From positions 39,804,001-39,868,000 of the forward strand of contig OZ024748.1 in the NCBI GenBank assembly GCA_964016885.1: DNA of 64,000 bases. The letters run 5' to 3'. Origin of the DNA: Eledone cirrhosa. Lineage: Eukaryota. A program made the position numbers and the translations under genes. The notes beneath the pieces are model-generated. The model was not told where the DNA came from and ran no database searches. It worked only from the letters and a program-made list of their open reading frames with translations. This document shows positions 48,760 to 60,616 of the stretch, piece by piece (position 1 is the stretch's first letter; every line of letters begins with the position of its first letter).

Positions 48760-48985
48760 TTTATTTGACCAATACGGTCAAACTTCTCTGGACTCGCAGA
48801 CATACTTGGCATTGCTTCACCAACATAGTAAAACCAACCAGCAGGAGTCCCAGGGGTAGACCCCAAGCAGGATGGATGGATAACATCCATGAGCTTGGCT
48901 GGTCTTGCTTGGGGATCGAGCCAGATCAGTTGGAAACGGTTGCTTCTGACAGAACCTGCTGGAAGGAGTGTCTGAGGATTCTGCA
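48760..48985 (+). mobile_element. RTE-type LINE 3' fragment
   Basis: SPRGRPQAGWMDNI..ASDRTCWK; homologous to 7690-7900. Confidence 0.7.
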
Positions 48986-48999
48986 ACAGCATTTGGAAG

Positions 49000-49345
49000 A
49001 TTATACTGAAGACTTGGGCATGTGGAAGAGCTGCATGAAGCTACTTAATGATGAGCAGAAAGAGCGACATGTGCAGGTGCGTAAGCACATCCTCAAGCAT
49101 TTTGAAATCAAACCAGACATTTTCCTTTTCCCCAAGCTGAAGAGGGTCATCAGAGGAACCTGAGGTAGAAGCCATGAAGAGGGCTATATTAGCAGAGCTA
49201 TGGAGAATTCTGGGTGAATCCATCCAAGAGTGCAGGGAGAAGAAAGATGGGAAATTGTGTTTGACCCAAGGGGGATTATTCTGAAAAGGAAAACTTCTAG
49301 TTCGGATTTAAAATATTTTATTTTGCAACTTCTGTCCTGTTTCTT
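49000..49345 (+). mobile_element. Mariner transposase relic (internally deleted)
   Basis: EDLGMWK..EQKER..V, then DIFLFPKLKR..GT and a RWE.CV..KGDY.E-like C-terminus. Confidence 0.6.
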
Positions 49346-49364
49346 TTCATATATATATATATAC

Positions 49365-49693
49365 ATGGCTTAGTGGTTAGAGCATTTGCCTTGCAATCGA
49401 AAGGTTTGAGTTCAATTCTCAGACCGGGTGATGTGTTGTTTCCTTGAGCAAGACACTTTATTTCACATTGCTCCAGTTTACTCAGCTGTAGAAATGAGAT
49501 GATAGGGACTGGGGTCCCTATCATTCCACTGCAAAGTGGTCATGGAGGTGCCACGGCAAAAAAGCACCCAGCACTCACTGTAAATGAGGTTGGTGTTAGG
49601 AAGGGCATCCAGCTGTAGAAATCAAGCCAGAATCAGTTCCCGTCCTACCCTTGCAAGCAGGGAAAAGTGGACGTAAAATGATGATGATGATGA
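49365..49693 (+). mobile_element. tRNA-derived SINE family B
   Basis: TGGCTTAGTGG A box, GAGTTCAATTC B box, CCTTGAGCAAGACACTT core, (ATG)n tail; near-identical copy at 58763-59099. Confidence 0.85.
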
Positions 49694-50459
49694 TATATAT
49701 GGATAATAGGATAAATTTGGTACAACCAATAAATTATAAAGGCAACAAATATTTTCTTGTTTTAATATTGCAGTTTATACATATCTTAAGAAGCAGTATA
49801 AGAAAAGCTTACATTTCATTTTCAAACTTAAGTAAAAAATAAAATATATATTTATTTTCAATTTTTAAAATGCGAGCAAAAACATAAAATCGATTTGAAT
49901 ATTCATCACACATACATATATATACATGTATATTATTTCGAAAAAAAAGGGGGTGGGGTAAAGTTTTATACAAAAAAATGATGACCAGTTCGAATATTTG
50001 AGAGAAAACTCAAGTATATTCGAACTGCTCAGATATTAAAAAAATTTCTTTTATTAATATTCAATATTTAACATCTAATATTTGATAAAATTGTTTTACC
50101 AATCGAAACCAGTTATATTTAATGCAACAATTATAAAATTATTCATTCTGTCAGATTAAAGAAAAAATAATCTTTTAATATTCCCTGGACATTGGCAATT
50201 TCAACCCCCTACCAACAGTACTGCTGGTTCACTCTGGGTCACAGCGTCTGAGACAAGTCAGAGCGTAGTGTCCAAATAATTATTTTAAATTATTCTATGA
50301 AAAATAAAAATTAATTACACGTATCTAAATATCACAATTTGTTTTGTTGGATGATCTACCAACTTTGCCATCAACCAGTCATTTCTATCAAATAATTTCC
50401 AATAATATTTGTGAATATGAAAAGGTAAAGAAAGATCGATATATGTGCGTGTATATATA

Positions 50460-52025
50460 ACGTCTGAATAGCTCAGGCTGTCATACCTGACAGTCCTCAG
50501 TGAAATATGTATAACGTCTGAAGAGCTCAGGCTGTCATAACTGATAGTCCTCAGTGAAATATGTATAACGTCTGAAGAGCTCAGGCTGTCATAACTGATA
50601 GTCCTCAGAGAAATGTGTATAACGTCTGAATAGCTCAGGCTGTCATACCTGACAGTCCTCAGAGAAATGTGTATAACGTCTGAAGAGCTCAGGCTGTCAT
50701 AACTGATAGTCCTCAGTGAAATGTGTATAACGTCTGAAGAGCTCAGGCTGTCATACCTGATAGTCCTCAGTGAAATATGTATAACGTCTGAAGAGCTCAG
50801 GCTGTCATACCTGATAGTCCTCAGAGAAATGTGTATAACGTCTGAAGAGCTCAGGCTGTCATACCTGACAGTCCTCAGTGAAATGTGTATAACGTCTGAA
50901 GAGCTCAGGCTGTCATACCTGACAGTCCTCAGTGAAATGTGTATAACGTCTGAAGAGCTCAGGCTGTCATACCTGATAGTCCTCAGAGAAATGTGTATAA
51001 CGTCTGAAGAGCTCAGGCTGTCATAACTGATAGTCCTCAGTGAAATATGTATAACGTCTGAAGAGCTCAGGCTGTCATACCTGATAGTCCTCAGAGAAAT
51101 GTGTATAACGTCTGAAGAGCTCAGGCTGTCATAACTGATAGTCCTCAGTGAAATATGTATAACGTCTGAAGAGCTCAGGCTGTCATAACTGATAGTCCTC
51201 AGTGAAATATGTATAGCGTCTGAAGAGCTCAGGCTGTCATACCTGATAGTCCTCAGAGAAATGTGTATAACGTCTGAAGAGCTCAGGCTGTCATAACTGA
51301 TAGTCCTCAGTGAAATATGTATAACGTCTGAAGAGCTCAGGCTGTCATAACTGATAGTCCTCAGTGAAATATGTATAACGTCTGAAGAGCTCAGGCTGTC
51401 ATAACTGATAGTCCTCAGTGAAATATGTATAACGTCTGAAGAGCTCAGGCTGTCATAACTGATAGTCCTCAGTGAAATATGTATAGCGTCTGAAGAGCTC
51501 AGGCTGTCATACCTGACAGTCCTCAGTGAAATATGTATAACGTCTGAAGAGCTCAGGCTGTCATAACTGATAGTCCTCAGAGAAATGTGTATAACGTCTG
51601 AAGAGCTCAGGCTGTCATAACTGATAGTCCTCAGTGAAATATGTATAACGTCTGAAGAGCTCAGGCTGTCATAACTGATAGTCCTCAGTGAAATATGTAT
51701 AACGTCTGAAGAGCTCAGGCTGTCATAACTGATAGTCCTCGGTGAAATGTGTATAACGTCTGAAGAGCTCAGGCTGTCATAACTGATAGTCCTCAGAGAA
51801 ATATGGATAACTTCTGAAGAGCTCAGGCTGTCATAACTGATAGTCCTCAGTGAAATATATATAACGTCTGAAGAGCTCAGGCTGTCATAACTGATAGTCC
51901 TCAGTGAAATGTGTATAACGTCTGAAGAGCTCAGGCTGTCATAACTGATAGTCCTCAGTGAAATATGTATAACGTCTGAAGAGCTCAGGCTGTCATAACT
52001 GATAGTCCTCGGTGAAATGTGCATA
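50460..52025 (+). ncRNA. Tandem array of 29 x 54 bp units, each a minimal hammerhead ribozyme motif
   Basis: Unit ACGT-CTGAAGA-GCTCAGGCTGTCA(TAAC)TGATAGTCCTCAGT-GAAA-TATGTA-TA; the self-complementary ACGT forms stem I with the next unit. Confidence 0.8.
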
Positions 52026-52244
52026 GCAGAGTTTTAAATAAATCTGAATTGACTGGTAATGGCCTCCAACCTTTTAATAGTGTGTGTGTGTGTATACATA
52101 TGAGATTGTTTAGCCTTATATACCTTTCCACAATAATATATATATATATATAAGTAAAAGTGGTATTTAATTTGTTGGAAGTCCGACAAACATAGATGTT
52201 TATAACTGATTTAGAGCACTCAACAAATTACTGGAGTAAATATT

Positions 52245-53099
52245 CAATGATATTAAATAAATGGAAACTATATTTATAAAAGTATATTTATAAACTATAG
52301 TTTTATAAATATAGTTTTTTAAATATAGTTTTATAAATATAGTTTATAAATATAGTTTTATAAACTATATTTATAAAACTATATTTATAAAACTATATTT
52401 ATAAAACTATATTTATAAAACTATTTTATAAGACTATTTTATAAAACTATTTTATAAAACTATATTTATAAATCTATATTTATAAAACTATATTTATAAA
52501 ACTATATTTATAAAACTATATTTATAAAACTATTTTATAAAACTATTTTATAAAATTATATTTATAAAACTATATTTATAAAACTATATTTATAAAACTA
52601 TATTTATAAAACTATATTTATAAAACTATATTTATAAAACTATTTTATAAAACTATTTTATAAAACTATATTTATAAAACTATATTTATAAAACTATATT
52701 TATAAAACTATATTTATAAAACTATTTTATAAAACCATATTTATAAAACTATATTTATAAAATTATATTTATAAAACCATATTTATAAAATTATATTTAT
52801 AAAACTATTTTATAAAACTATATTTATAAAACTATATTTATAAAACTATATTTATAAAACTATATTTATAAAACCATATTTATAAAACTATATTTATAAA
52901 ACTATATTTATAAAATTCCCTATCCAGTGAATTTCCAACCGATAAGGTATGCTTTTCGTGGGTATGTCTCTATTTATAAAACAAACTTTGTATTTTATCT
53001 GATGAAAGCATACCAATGTAGTCTTGGTTACCCTTGAAATATATATAATAAAATAAATATGGTTTTATAAATATAGTTTCCATTTATTTAATATCATTG
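52245..53099. mobile_element. Inverted-terminus element with an internal 13-14 bp AT satellite and a hammerhead
   Basis: CAATGATATTAAATAAATGGAAACTATATTTATAAAA is inverted at 53063-53099; (AAACTATATTTATA)n at 52265-52915. Confidence 0.65.
52991..53055 (+). ncRNA. Minimal type I hammerhead ribozyme
   Basis: TATTTTAT-CTGATGA-AAG..ACCAA..TTGGT..CTT-GAAA-TATATA-TA-ATAAAATA (8 bp stem I). Confidence 0.8.
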
Positions 53100-53120
53100 T
53101 ATATATATATATATATATAT

Positions 53121-55025
53121 TCATTAGTTAAGCAAAACAAGACAACAAATTTCACAAGGAAGACATTATTAAAAGATTGTCAACATATTTTAGTTTGATG
53201 TAAGGAATGTAGAGAATAATAATAATTTCTACTTTAGGCACAAAGCCAGCTATTACCCAGTACATTACTGGTACTTTATTTTATCGACCCCGTAAGGATG
53301 AAAGGCAAAGTTAACCTCGGCGGGATTTGAACTCAAACCGTAAAGGGACGTAACTATGCTAGAAATCATGGCGTTCAACCCTCTGCCAATCCACCGCCCT
53401 TTTATATAATAATATTAATAATAATAATGTCCGTTTACAATTGTTTCGCTACTCCATATAATATTTCTGGATCAAATGATTATATATCATTATTGATCTG
53501 GTTCAGTTGAAAATAATTACTATAGGTAAAGATAGAGCAGCTCATCGGAACTTCAAAAGGAATATAAATTAAAATAAGGAAAGAATGTTACATAAATGTA
53601 ATGTTCCATATATTGGTATTTCACTATGGTGACCTGGGTATATCAATTGTCTGCCATAGTCGAGCAGTATTCTTCTGTCGAGGCTGCATTGTGTGAGATC
53701 TGCCTATGGGTAACAAGATGGCCGCCAATGTACATATTTACCTTACTAATTAGAGGGTGGTTTCAGGGGAAGTAACTCCTCGAGAGATTAGAAATTGTGG
53801 GTAGTTTATAGTTAAGTGCTAATTTTTTTTATTTTGAGACAATGTAAGGGAGGTAACTTATAATTATTTAAGTTAGTTATAGCTATTTAACTTATTAGCT
53901 ACAAGTAAAAATGGGGCTAGATGACTATGTTGGCGAAGGAATTAGCCCTTCGATGTTGACAGCTAATAGTTACCTTCGTTCTATCATTAATCAGTAGAGG
54001 TTGTGATAGAGTTATGTAATATGCTTCAGTAAGACAGAGGTCACAAGATTTTCTTCGTCCATTGAACGGTTGGGCCCTGAGTGTTAGTGAGTGTTCAATG
54101 TTGGTTAATTTAAGGTTTTTAATGAGCCTAGCTAGAGATGTCGAACATCTGTTGTTAGGGTCTCAGAAGGAAAAAGAGTGCGCGTTATAGCGTACCTTAA
54201 AAGGGTTAGAGGTAGACCCAATATAGGAGCTGGTATGCGAAGCAGTTTTAACTGTGCACCTATAGACTATGTTGGGTGTCAGGCAATGTCCATTTAGTGG
54301 GCATGCATTAGGGTAACGGCAGTTGCAGTTACTTCTGCGGTTAGTGAGAGTAGGGTTGTTTAACCTAAGCGGTTGGTCAGTGCTAGAAGGATTAGATGGG
54401 GGATGTGTGCTACTAGAGTAAGTATTGGTGTAGTGGCGTGGTGTATCCGATGGGGGTGGTGGTACCGCGGTGTGGGAGTTATACTGTCTTAGTTTATCAT
54501 GGTTACTGAATGTGATGTGGCAAGCTAAGTTAGGTATTGTGGAGAATGAGATTTTAATGTTATTTTTATTAAAGAGTTTGTAATATCTATGGTGGGGGAG
54601 GGGTTTAGATAGGATAGACAAGAAGCATTTAGGGATATTAGTGGCTAGATTAGATGAGAATGGGGGGTTAAGCCAGGTGATATTTCTACGCATATTCCTT
54701 CTAGGGGTTCTAGTGGAGTTGGAACATTACATTTATGTAACATTCTTTCCTTATTTTAATTTATATTCCTTTTGAAGTTCCGATGAGCTGCTCTATCTTT
54801 ACCTATGTTAATTATTTTCAACTGAACCAGATCAATAATGATATATAATCATTTGATCCAGAAATATTATATGGAGTAGAGAAACAATTGTAAACGGACA
54901 TTATTATTATTATTATTATTATTATTAGTCTCTACATTCCTTACATCAAACTAAAATATGTTGACAATCTTTTAATAATGTCTTCCTTGTGAAATGTGTG
55001 GTCTTGTTTCGCTTAACTAATGAAT
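53121..55025 (-). mobile_element. Penelope-like element, 5'-truncated, with inverted pLTRs
   Basis: GIY-YIG fragment 54163-54693 (WLNPPFS..CNC..CPLNGHCL..IVY.C..YIGST..FK.R); 53121-53607 is inverted at 54720-55025; SINE A nested at 53226-53399. Confidence 0.85.
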
Positions 55026-55181
55026 ATTTCCAGCTCTGTGCACCTAACCTCTGCATGAAACCAGCCACCTAGCTGCTTTCTACTGCATATTGCACATTGA
55101 GCACATGCCTTTACGCTTTGGCTTCTAACTAATTCACCAATCTCTCCTTTATCTCTCTCTTTAAGATTGGTTACTCTTGAA

Positions 55182-55279
<98 letters not shown>

Positions 55280-55548
55280 TCGTTCACAGAATACATAAAA
55301 AAAATGTTTAATATTTCATATTTATTAAGATTGTTATACTAATCGAAACTGATTATAATAAATGTAACAATTATAAAATTATTCCTTCCGTCGGATTAAA
55401 GAAAAAAGTATTCGGCGGCGTCGTCGTCGTCATCGTCATCTATATATATATATATAATAGAAAAAATGAGGAAGTTTCATTTACATATGAAAATATATAT
55501 AAATAGGGATAGAGAGAGGTATGTAGATAGATAGAGAAACACATTATA

Positions 55549-55601
<53 letters not shown>

Positions 55602-55777
55602 TAAGACAAAATACAGGTCTGTACCCGCAAGACATGGTCTCCTGACCCAAGTTATCTCATAACGCAACAAGCCATCTAACATCCAACACATGCATGTGTG
55701 GAAAATGGACCTTAAATGATGATGATTGTAATGATGACACACACAGACACACAATTTAACATCTGTCTAATGAAAAC

Positions 55778-56241
55778 ATGTTAAAGGGTTAGTATGCAAT
55801 CACTTTGATGTCTTTGAAATGCACAAAACAGGATTATATAATTTTGTTATTAAAATAATGTTATTTCTCTGAGGAACTGGAATCATATGATTCCAGTTCC
55901 TCTAAGAGAAATAACAACCCAACCAGGAACTGGGCATATCGGAGTATTGACAGAGTTAAACACCTCAACAACATGTGTACCCGTCTCTACCACACCAATT
56001 CGGACTGCCTGAAGAGGTCACAGCCAAAGATGGCTGTCACCAAAATATATATAGCAGTACACCGTTAATAAACGAAGCCAAATTTTAAATATTTGACTAA
56101 TTTATTTTGTTTATGTATATATATATATATATATATATTACAAAGAGAGACGGTTTTATGTATACATCCTCTGTTTATTATATAATCCTGTTTTGTGCAT
56201 TTCAAAGACATCAAAGTCATTGCATAATAACCCTTTAACAT
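55778..56241. mobile_element. Inverted-terminus element with a palindrome and a variant hammerhead
   Basis: 55778-55841 is inverted at 56177-56241; perfect palindrome at 55871-55902; hammerhead variant at 56004-56058 with GAAA changed to AAAA. Confidence 0.65.
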
Positions 56242-56799
56242 ATATATATATACATATATATATAGAGATATATATATATATAATGAACCAGTTGTCCAAG
56301 GGAGTTAATTTATTTCAGGTAAGATATCATAGTTAGTTTGGACCAAGCCGTTACTATCAAACATGTGATCAAAATCATATTCATAGTTGGGAGAAAAGTC
56401 TTCTAAATTCAGATCCGCAATGCTGAAAAGTATGGAAGAAAAACACAGAAAAAAGACAAATCAATGTTTATGAAGGAACAAGAAAATAAGAGAGGCAAGT
56501 TAAAACAATTATATTTCAAAGACTCAATGTATAGTCATGACACAAGTATTATAACGAGGAATTGGTAGACACATTTACTCTTAACGCCTGTTTTACATGA
56601 AACCACATTAGTAGGACACTCTTGAAAAGTTCAAAACAAGACTATGACTGGATCATATTAAGTATTCAAGTCTTTAGTTTACAGCAAATTTTCACAACAG
56701 TGTGTCCAATTGTAAAGACACTATAAACATTAGAATAAACAAAACAGTTTTTAGATATTTTCTATTGAAGAATTGCAAGATGTTAAGAGTTCAATGTCA

Positions 56800-57321
56800 G
56801 CTTAATTCATTACCATATTTCTCACAAAAGATACTGTATGTCATTAACCCGTTCATTACCTTATTTTGAATGAAAGACAAAGTCTATGTCATTAAACCTT
56901 TCATTACCATATTTCTAATGAAAGACACTGTCTATGTCATTAACCCTTTCATTACCATATTTCTAATGAAAGACACAGTCTATGTCATTAACCCTTTCAT
57001 TACCATATTTCTAATAAAAGACACTGTTTATGTCATTACCATATTTCTAATGAAAGACACTGTCTACGTCATTAACCCTGTCATTACCATATTTCTAATG
57101 AAAGACACTGCCGATGTCATTAACCCTTTCATTACCATATTTCTGACACTGTGTATTTCATTAACCCTTTCATTACCATATTTCTAATGAAAGACACTGT
57201 CTATGTCATTAACCCTTTCAATACCATATTTCTAATGAAAGACACTGACTATGTCATTAACCCTTTCATTACCATATTTCTAATGAAAGACACTGTCTAT
57301 GTCATTAACCCTTTCATTACC
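56800..57321. repeat. 48 bp minisatellite
   Basis: TTCATTACCATATTTCTAATGAAAGACACTGTCTATGTCATTAACCCT units. Confidence 0.9.
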
Positions 57322-57432
57322 AAATATACCAATAATAATAATCTATACTATAAAAGAGAAGCTGTTTGTCCCTCTGTCTGTCCGTCACAACATATAGGTA
57401 GAAGTGAAATGGGAAGAAGTGGATTGTTGTTG

Positions 57433-57510
<78 letters not shown>

Positions 57511-57744
57511 AAGAGTATGTGAAATAAAGATAAATAGTTTAAAGTGTAATTCAAGGATTATGATGAGAATAAATTAACATATTTCAATATCTTTCTTTAG
57601 GAAATATTTTCTCTCGCGTTTATTTGCTTAATAATATTCAAAGTGTTATTAAAGTTCAGCAAGAAAGTCAATCTATTATTTGAACAATTTATAAAGGTAA
57701 GTACATGATGATTAACAAATACTTTTACTGGCAGTGTAGCAACA

Positions 57745-57903
57745 ATATAATAATAACAGCAATTTTGGAGGAGGGGAAAGTTGACTAAATCTACCCCAGT
57801 GTGTTACTGGTACTTTATTTTATCGACCCTGTAAGGATGAAAGGCAAAGCTAATCTTGGCAGGATTTGAACTCAGAACATAAAGGGCCGTAACTCTATGT
57901 CGC
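57745..57903 (-). mobile_element. SINE family A, diverged
   Basis: Core match. Confidence 0.75.
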
Positions 57904-58762
57904 GAATACTTATATACATAAATAATAATAATAATAATAATAATAATAACTACGTAGTACTTACTGTGGCATAGGGCTATCTTCACACTCCATTCTATCA
58001 GTGTCATTCTGATAAATGTTTTCGTCCATTCTAAATTGTGAGATAAAGCATCGAGATTAGATTCAAGTTACTATAGGAAGAATTAAACTGTCTAAAAGTT
58101 GCTTCAAATGTATTGAAACTACCTTGGCCAGAAAATAACGCACAACATATATAGAAATAATTCTTTTACTGATTCCAGTAACTGCAGCCATGAAATATAC
58201 TTAATCATATCAACTCCAGTACTAATCTTTAGTCAACCATAACACCAATCTATACAATTAGAAATATACCCATTTGAAACTTGTCCCAATTTACCTGTCA
58301 CACCCTGTGTGTGTAGAGAGAGAGAAATTGCTGTATATGTGTTTACTCATCTCTTAATGAGCAAAGAGAGATCGATAAAATATGTTACTTGACTTAAAAC
58401 TAAGTACTGGGATCAATATGATTGACTTAACATTTCTAGGTTGTGCCCCAGTATGACCAGTTTCATGGCCGAAAGCAAGAATAATGAAATAAGAAATAAA
58501 ATACATTTTCCTTACCCAGGTACGCTATCAATAAGGGTATTTGGTACATAGCCATGCAGCATCATCTGTCCATTGTCCTCTGAAGAAACACAAGAAAAAA
58601 AATTAATTAATGAAGAATTTTGAGTTATTTACTAAAATTATTAATTATTTCATTACTAAGACAGTAACGTAACCCTTTCATGGCCACATTTCTAATGAAA
58701 TACACTATTTTAATTAACTAATGAAGTATTTCAAGTTATTTACTAAAATTATTAATTAGGCA

Positions 58763-59099
58763 CATGGCTTAGTGGTTAGAGCATTGGCTTTGCAATCGAA
58801 AGGTTGTGAGTTCAATTCTCAGACCGGGTGATGTGTTGTTTCCTTGAGCAAGACACTTTATTTCACATTGCTCCAGTTTACTCAGCTGTAGAAATGAGAT
58901 GATAGGACTGTGGTCCCTATCATTCCACTGTAAAGTGGACGTGGAGGCGACACGGCAAAAAAAAAGCACCCAGCACTCACTGTAAATGAGGTTGGTGTTA
59001 GGAAGGGCATCCAGCTGTAGAAATCAAGCCAGAATCAGTTCCTGTCCCACCCTTGCAAGCAGGGAAAAGTGGACGTAAAATGAAATGATGATGATGATT
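58763..59099 (+). mobile_element. tRNA-derived SINE family B
   Basis: Matches 49365-49693. Confidence 0.85.
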
Positions 59100-60201
59100 T
59101 CATTACTAAGATAGTAACTTAATGTAAGGTTCTTATATAAAATTATGTTGGGAGATTTTAATTTAAATTGGAAACATTAAAAATGGGTTTTATTTTATAG
59201 AATCAGCAGCAGTTTTGGCCGTGACGAGGGTTAGTAACTAAAGGGTGGGAGTTGGTAACTAAAGGGTGGGGGGTGGTAACTAAAGAGAGAGAGAGAGATT
59301 AATAAAAACAATGAATAAAAACAAAGAAACAGTTCCTTATATTAACAAATTCATCATTTTACGATCGTTTCTAGGTTATATATGTGTGTGTTGGTATGTA
59401 TATCATATAGATCTATGTAAACATTTTACAAAGTATCAGAGGAATTATACATACCTACACATATATATGCTGAATATATGAAATAATGATATTTGTTTAT
59501 TGAAAAACACCAACAAAGATTTAATATAAGTCTGTTTGGGAACAGGTTTTTAATTGACCAATAGAAGAGTAGTAAGTGGTCAAGTTGATAGAATAGTAGT
59601 AGTAGAAATTTAATTTAGGGGTAGAGGAATGCAGACTTCAGTTTTGAATGGAAATAATACTTTGAATGAAAAGATTACTTTGGGGATGAAAAGAGGTCAA
59701 GCCGGTGAAAGGTACACGAAAATTTTATGTTATTAAAGAATAATGCTAATGTTAAAATCGAAGGAGAATAAAATTTTAGGATAAATGTGTTAGTGAGAAA
59801 TACCAATCTTATTAAAAACATAAGGAATTTAGATCTATAAAAAGAAATTAAATTAATTAATAGGTATACTTATAGGGATAAATTTATATTAATTCATATA
59901 GATGTGATAAATAAGAGTTAGATGTTATTAAAGAATGTTGTTAAAAACGAAGGAAAAAAATTGGGGGGGGGGGGATAAATGTATTAGTGAGAAATAACAA
60001 ACTTATATAGACTACAAGGAATTTAGATTCATAACAGGAAATTAAAATAGTTTATATGTATACTTATAGGTATTAATTTTAGGAAAAGATAGCTGTAACA
60101 GGGAAATAAAATTATGAAGTTCTCAGTAGTAAAATACTAATTATAGGTTAACTAAATTTAAAAAAAGCTAATTATAAGAATTTGTAATATAAAAGTGTAT
60201 A

Positions 60202-60616
60202 TTAATTAGGTTTATAATATTTGAAAGTTCTTCTAATTCTATGATTGCACGATATAATTAATTCTTGTTGCTTATTTAATAGGATATCCTTAGATTTCAT
60301 TATTTCGAAAAGTTCCTGGGAACATAATCTACACTCATATCTGTTATTTTGATAAGGGATGGCCCTTCTGAGCACACTCCAGGTCAGGTTATAATTGATA
60401 TACTTTTTTCTATAATTATTAATTATTTCAGCCAAGGATGTTATATTAGCTAATGCGGCATTTCTAAACTGTGTTTGTGGGTATTAAATCTTACTTTAAA
60501 TTCGTTAGAAGTAGCTCCTATATATGAATAAGTTGAGTCCTTAGTGCTAATTTTACATTTATATACTATGTTATTAATAAGGCAATTTCCTTTTACTGGG
60601 CAATTTGCATTGTTTC
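60202..60616 (-). mobile_element. Penelope-like GIY-YIG endonuclease fragment
   Basis: Minus strand CPVKGNCL..IVYKC..YIGATSNEFKVRFNTH, then W..L..A.PY..CRLC..E..LLNK..E...C.H. Confidence 0.75.

Noticed and set aside
50315-52024. 569 aa Ser-rich minus-strand ORF
   Set aside because: It results from a stop-free 54 bp unit; the plus-strand hammerhead structure explains the sequence better.
56800-57321. 48 bp repeat as a hammerhead (CTAATGA-AAGAC..GTCT)
   Set aside because: The core G5 is missing and there is no correctly placed GAAA or stem III.
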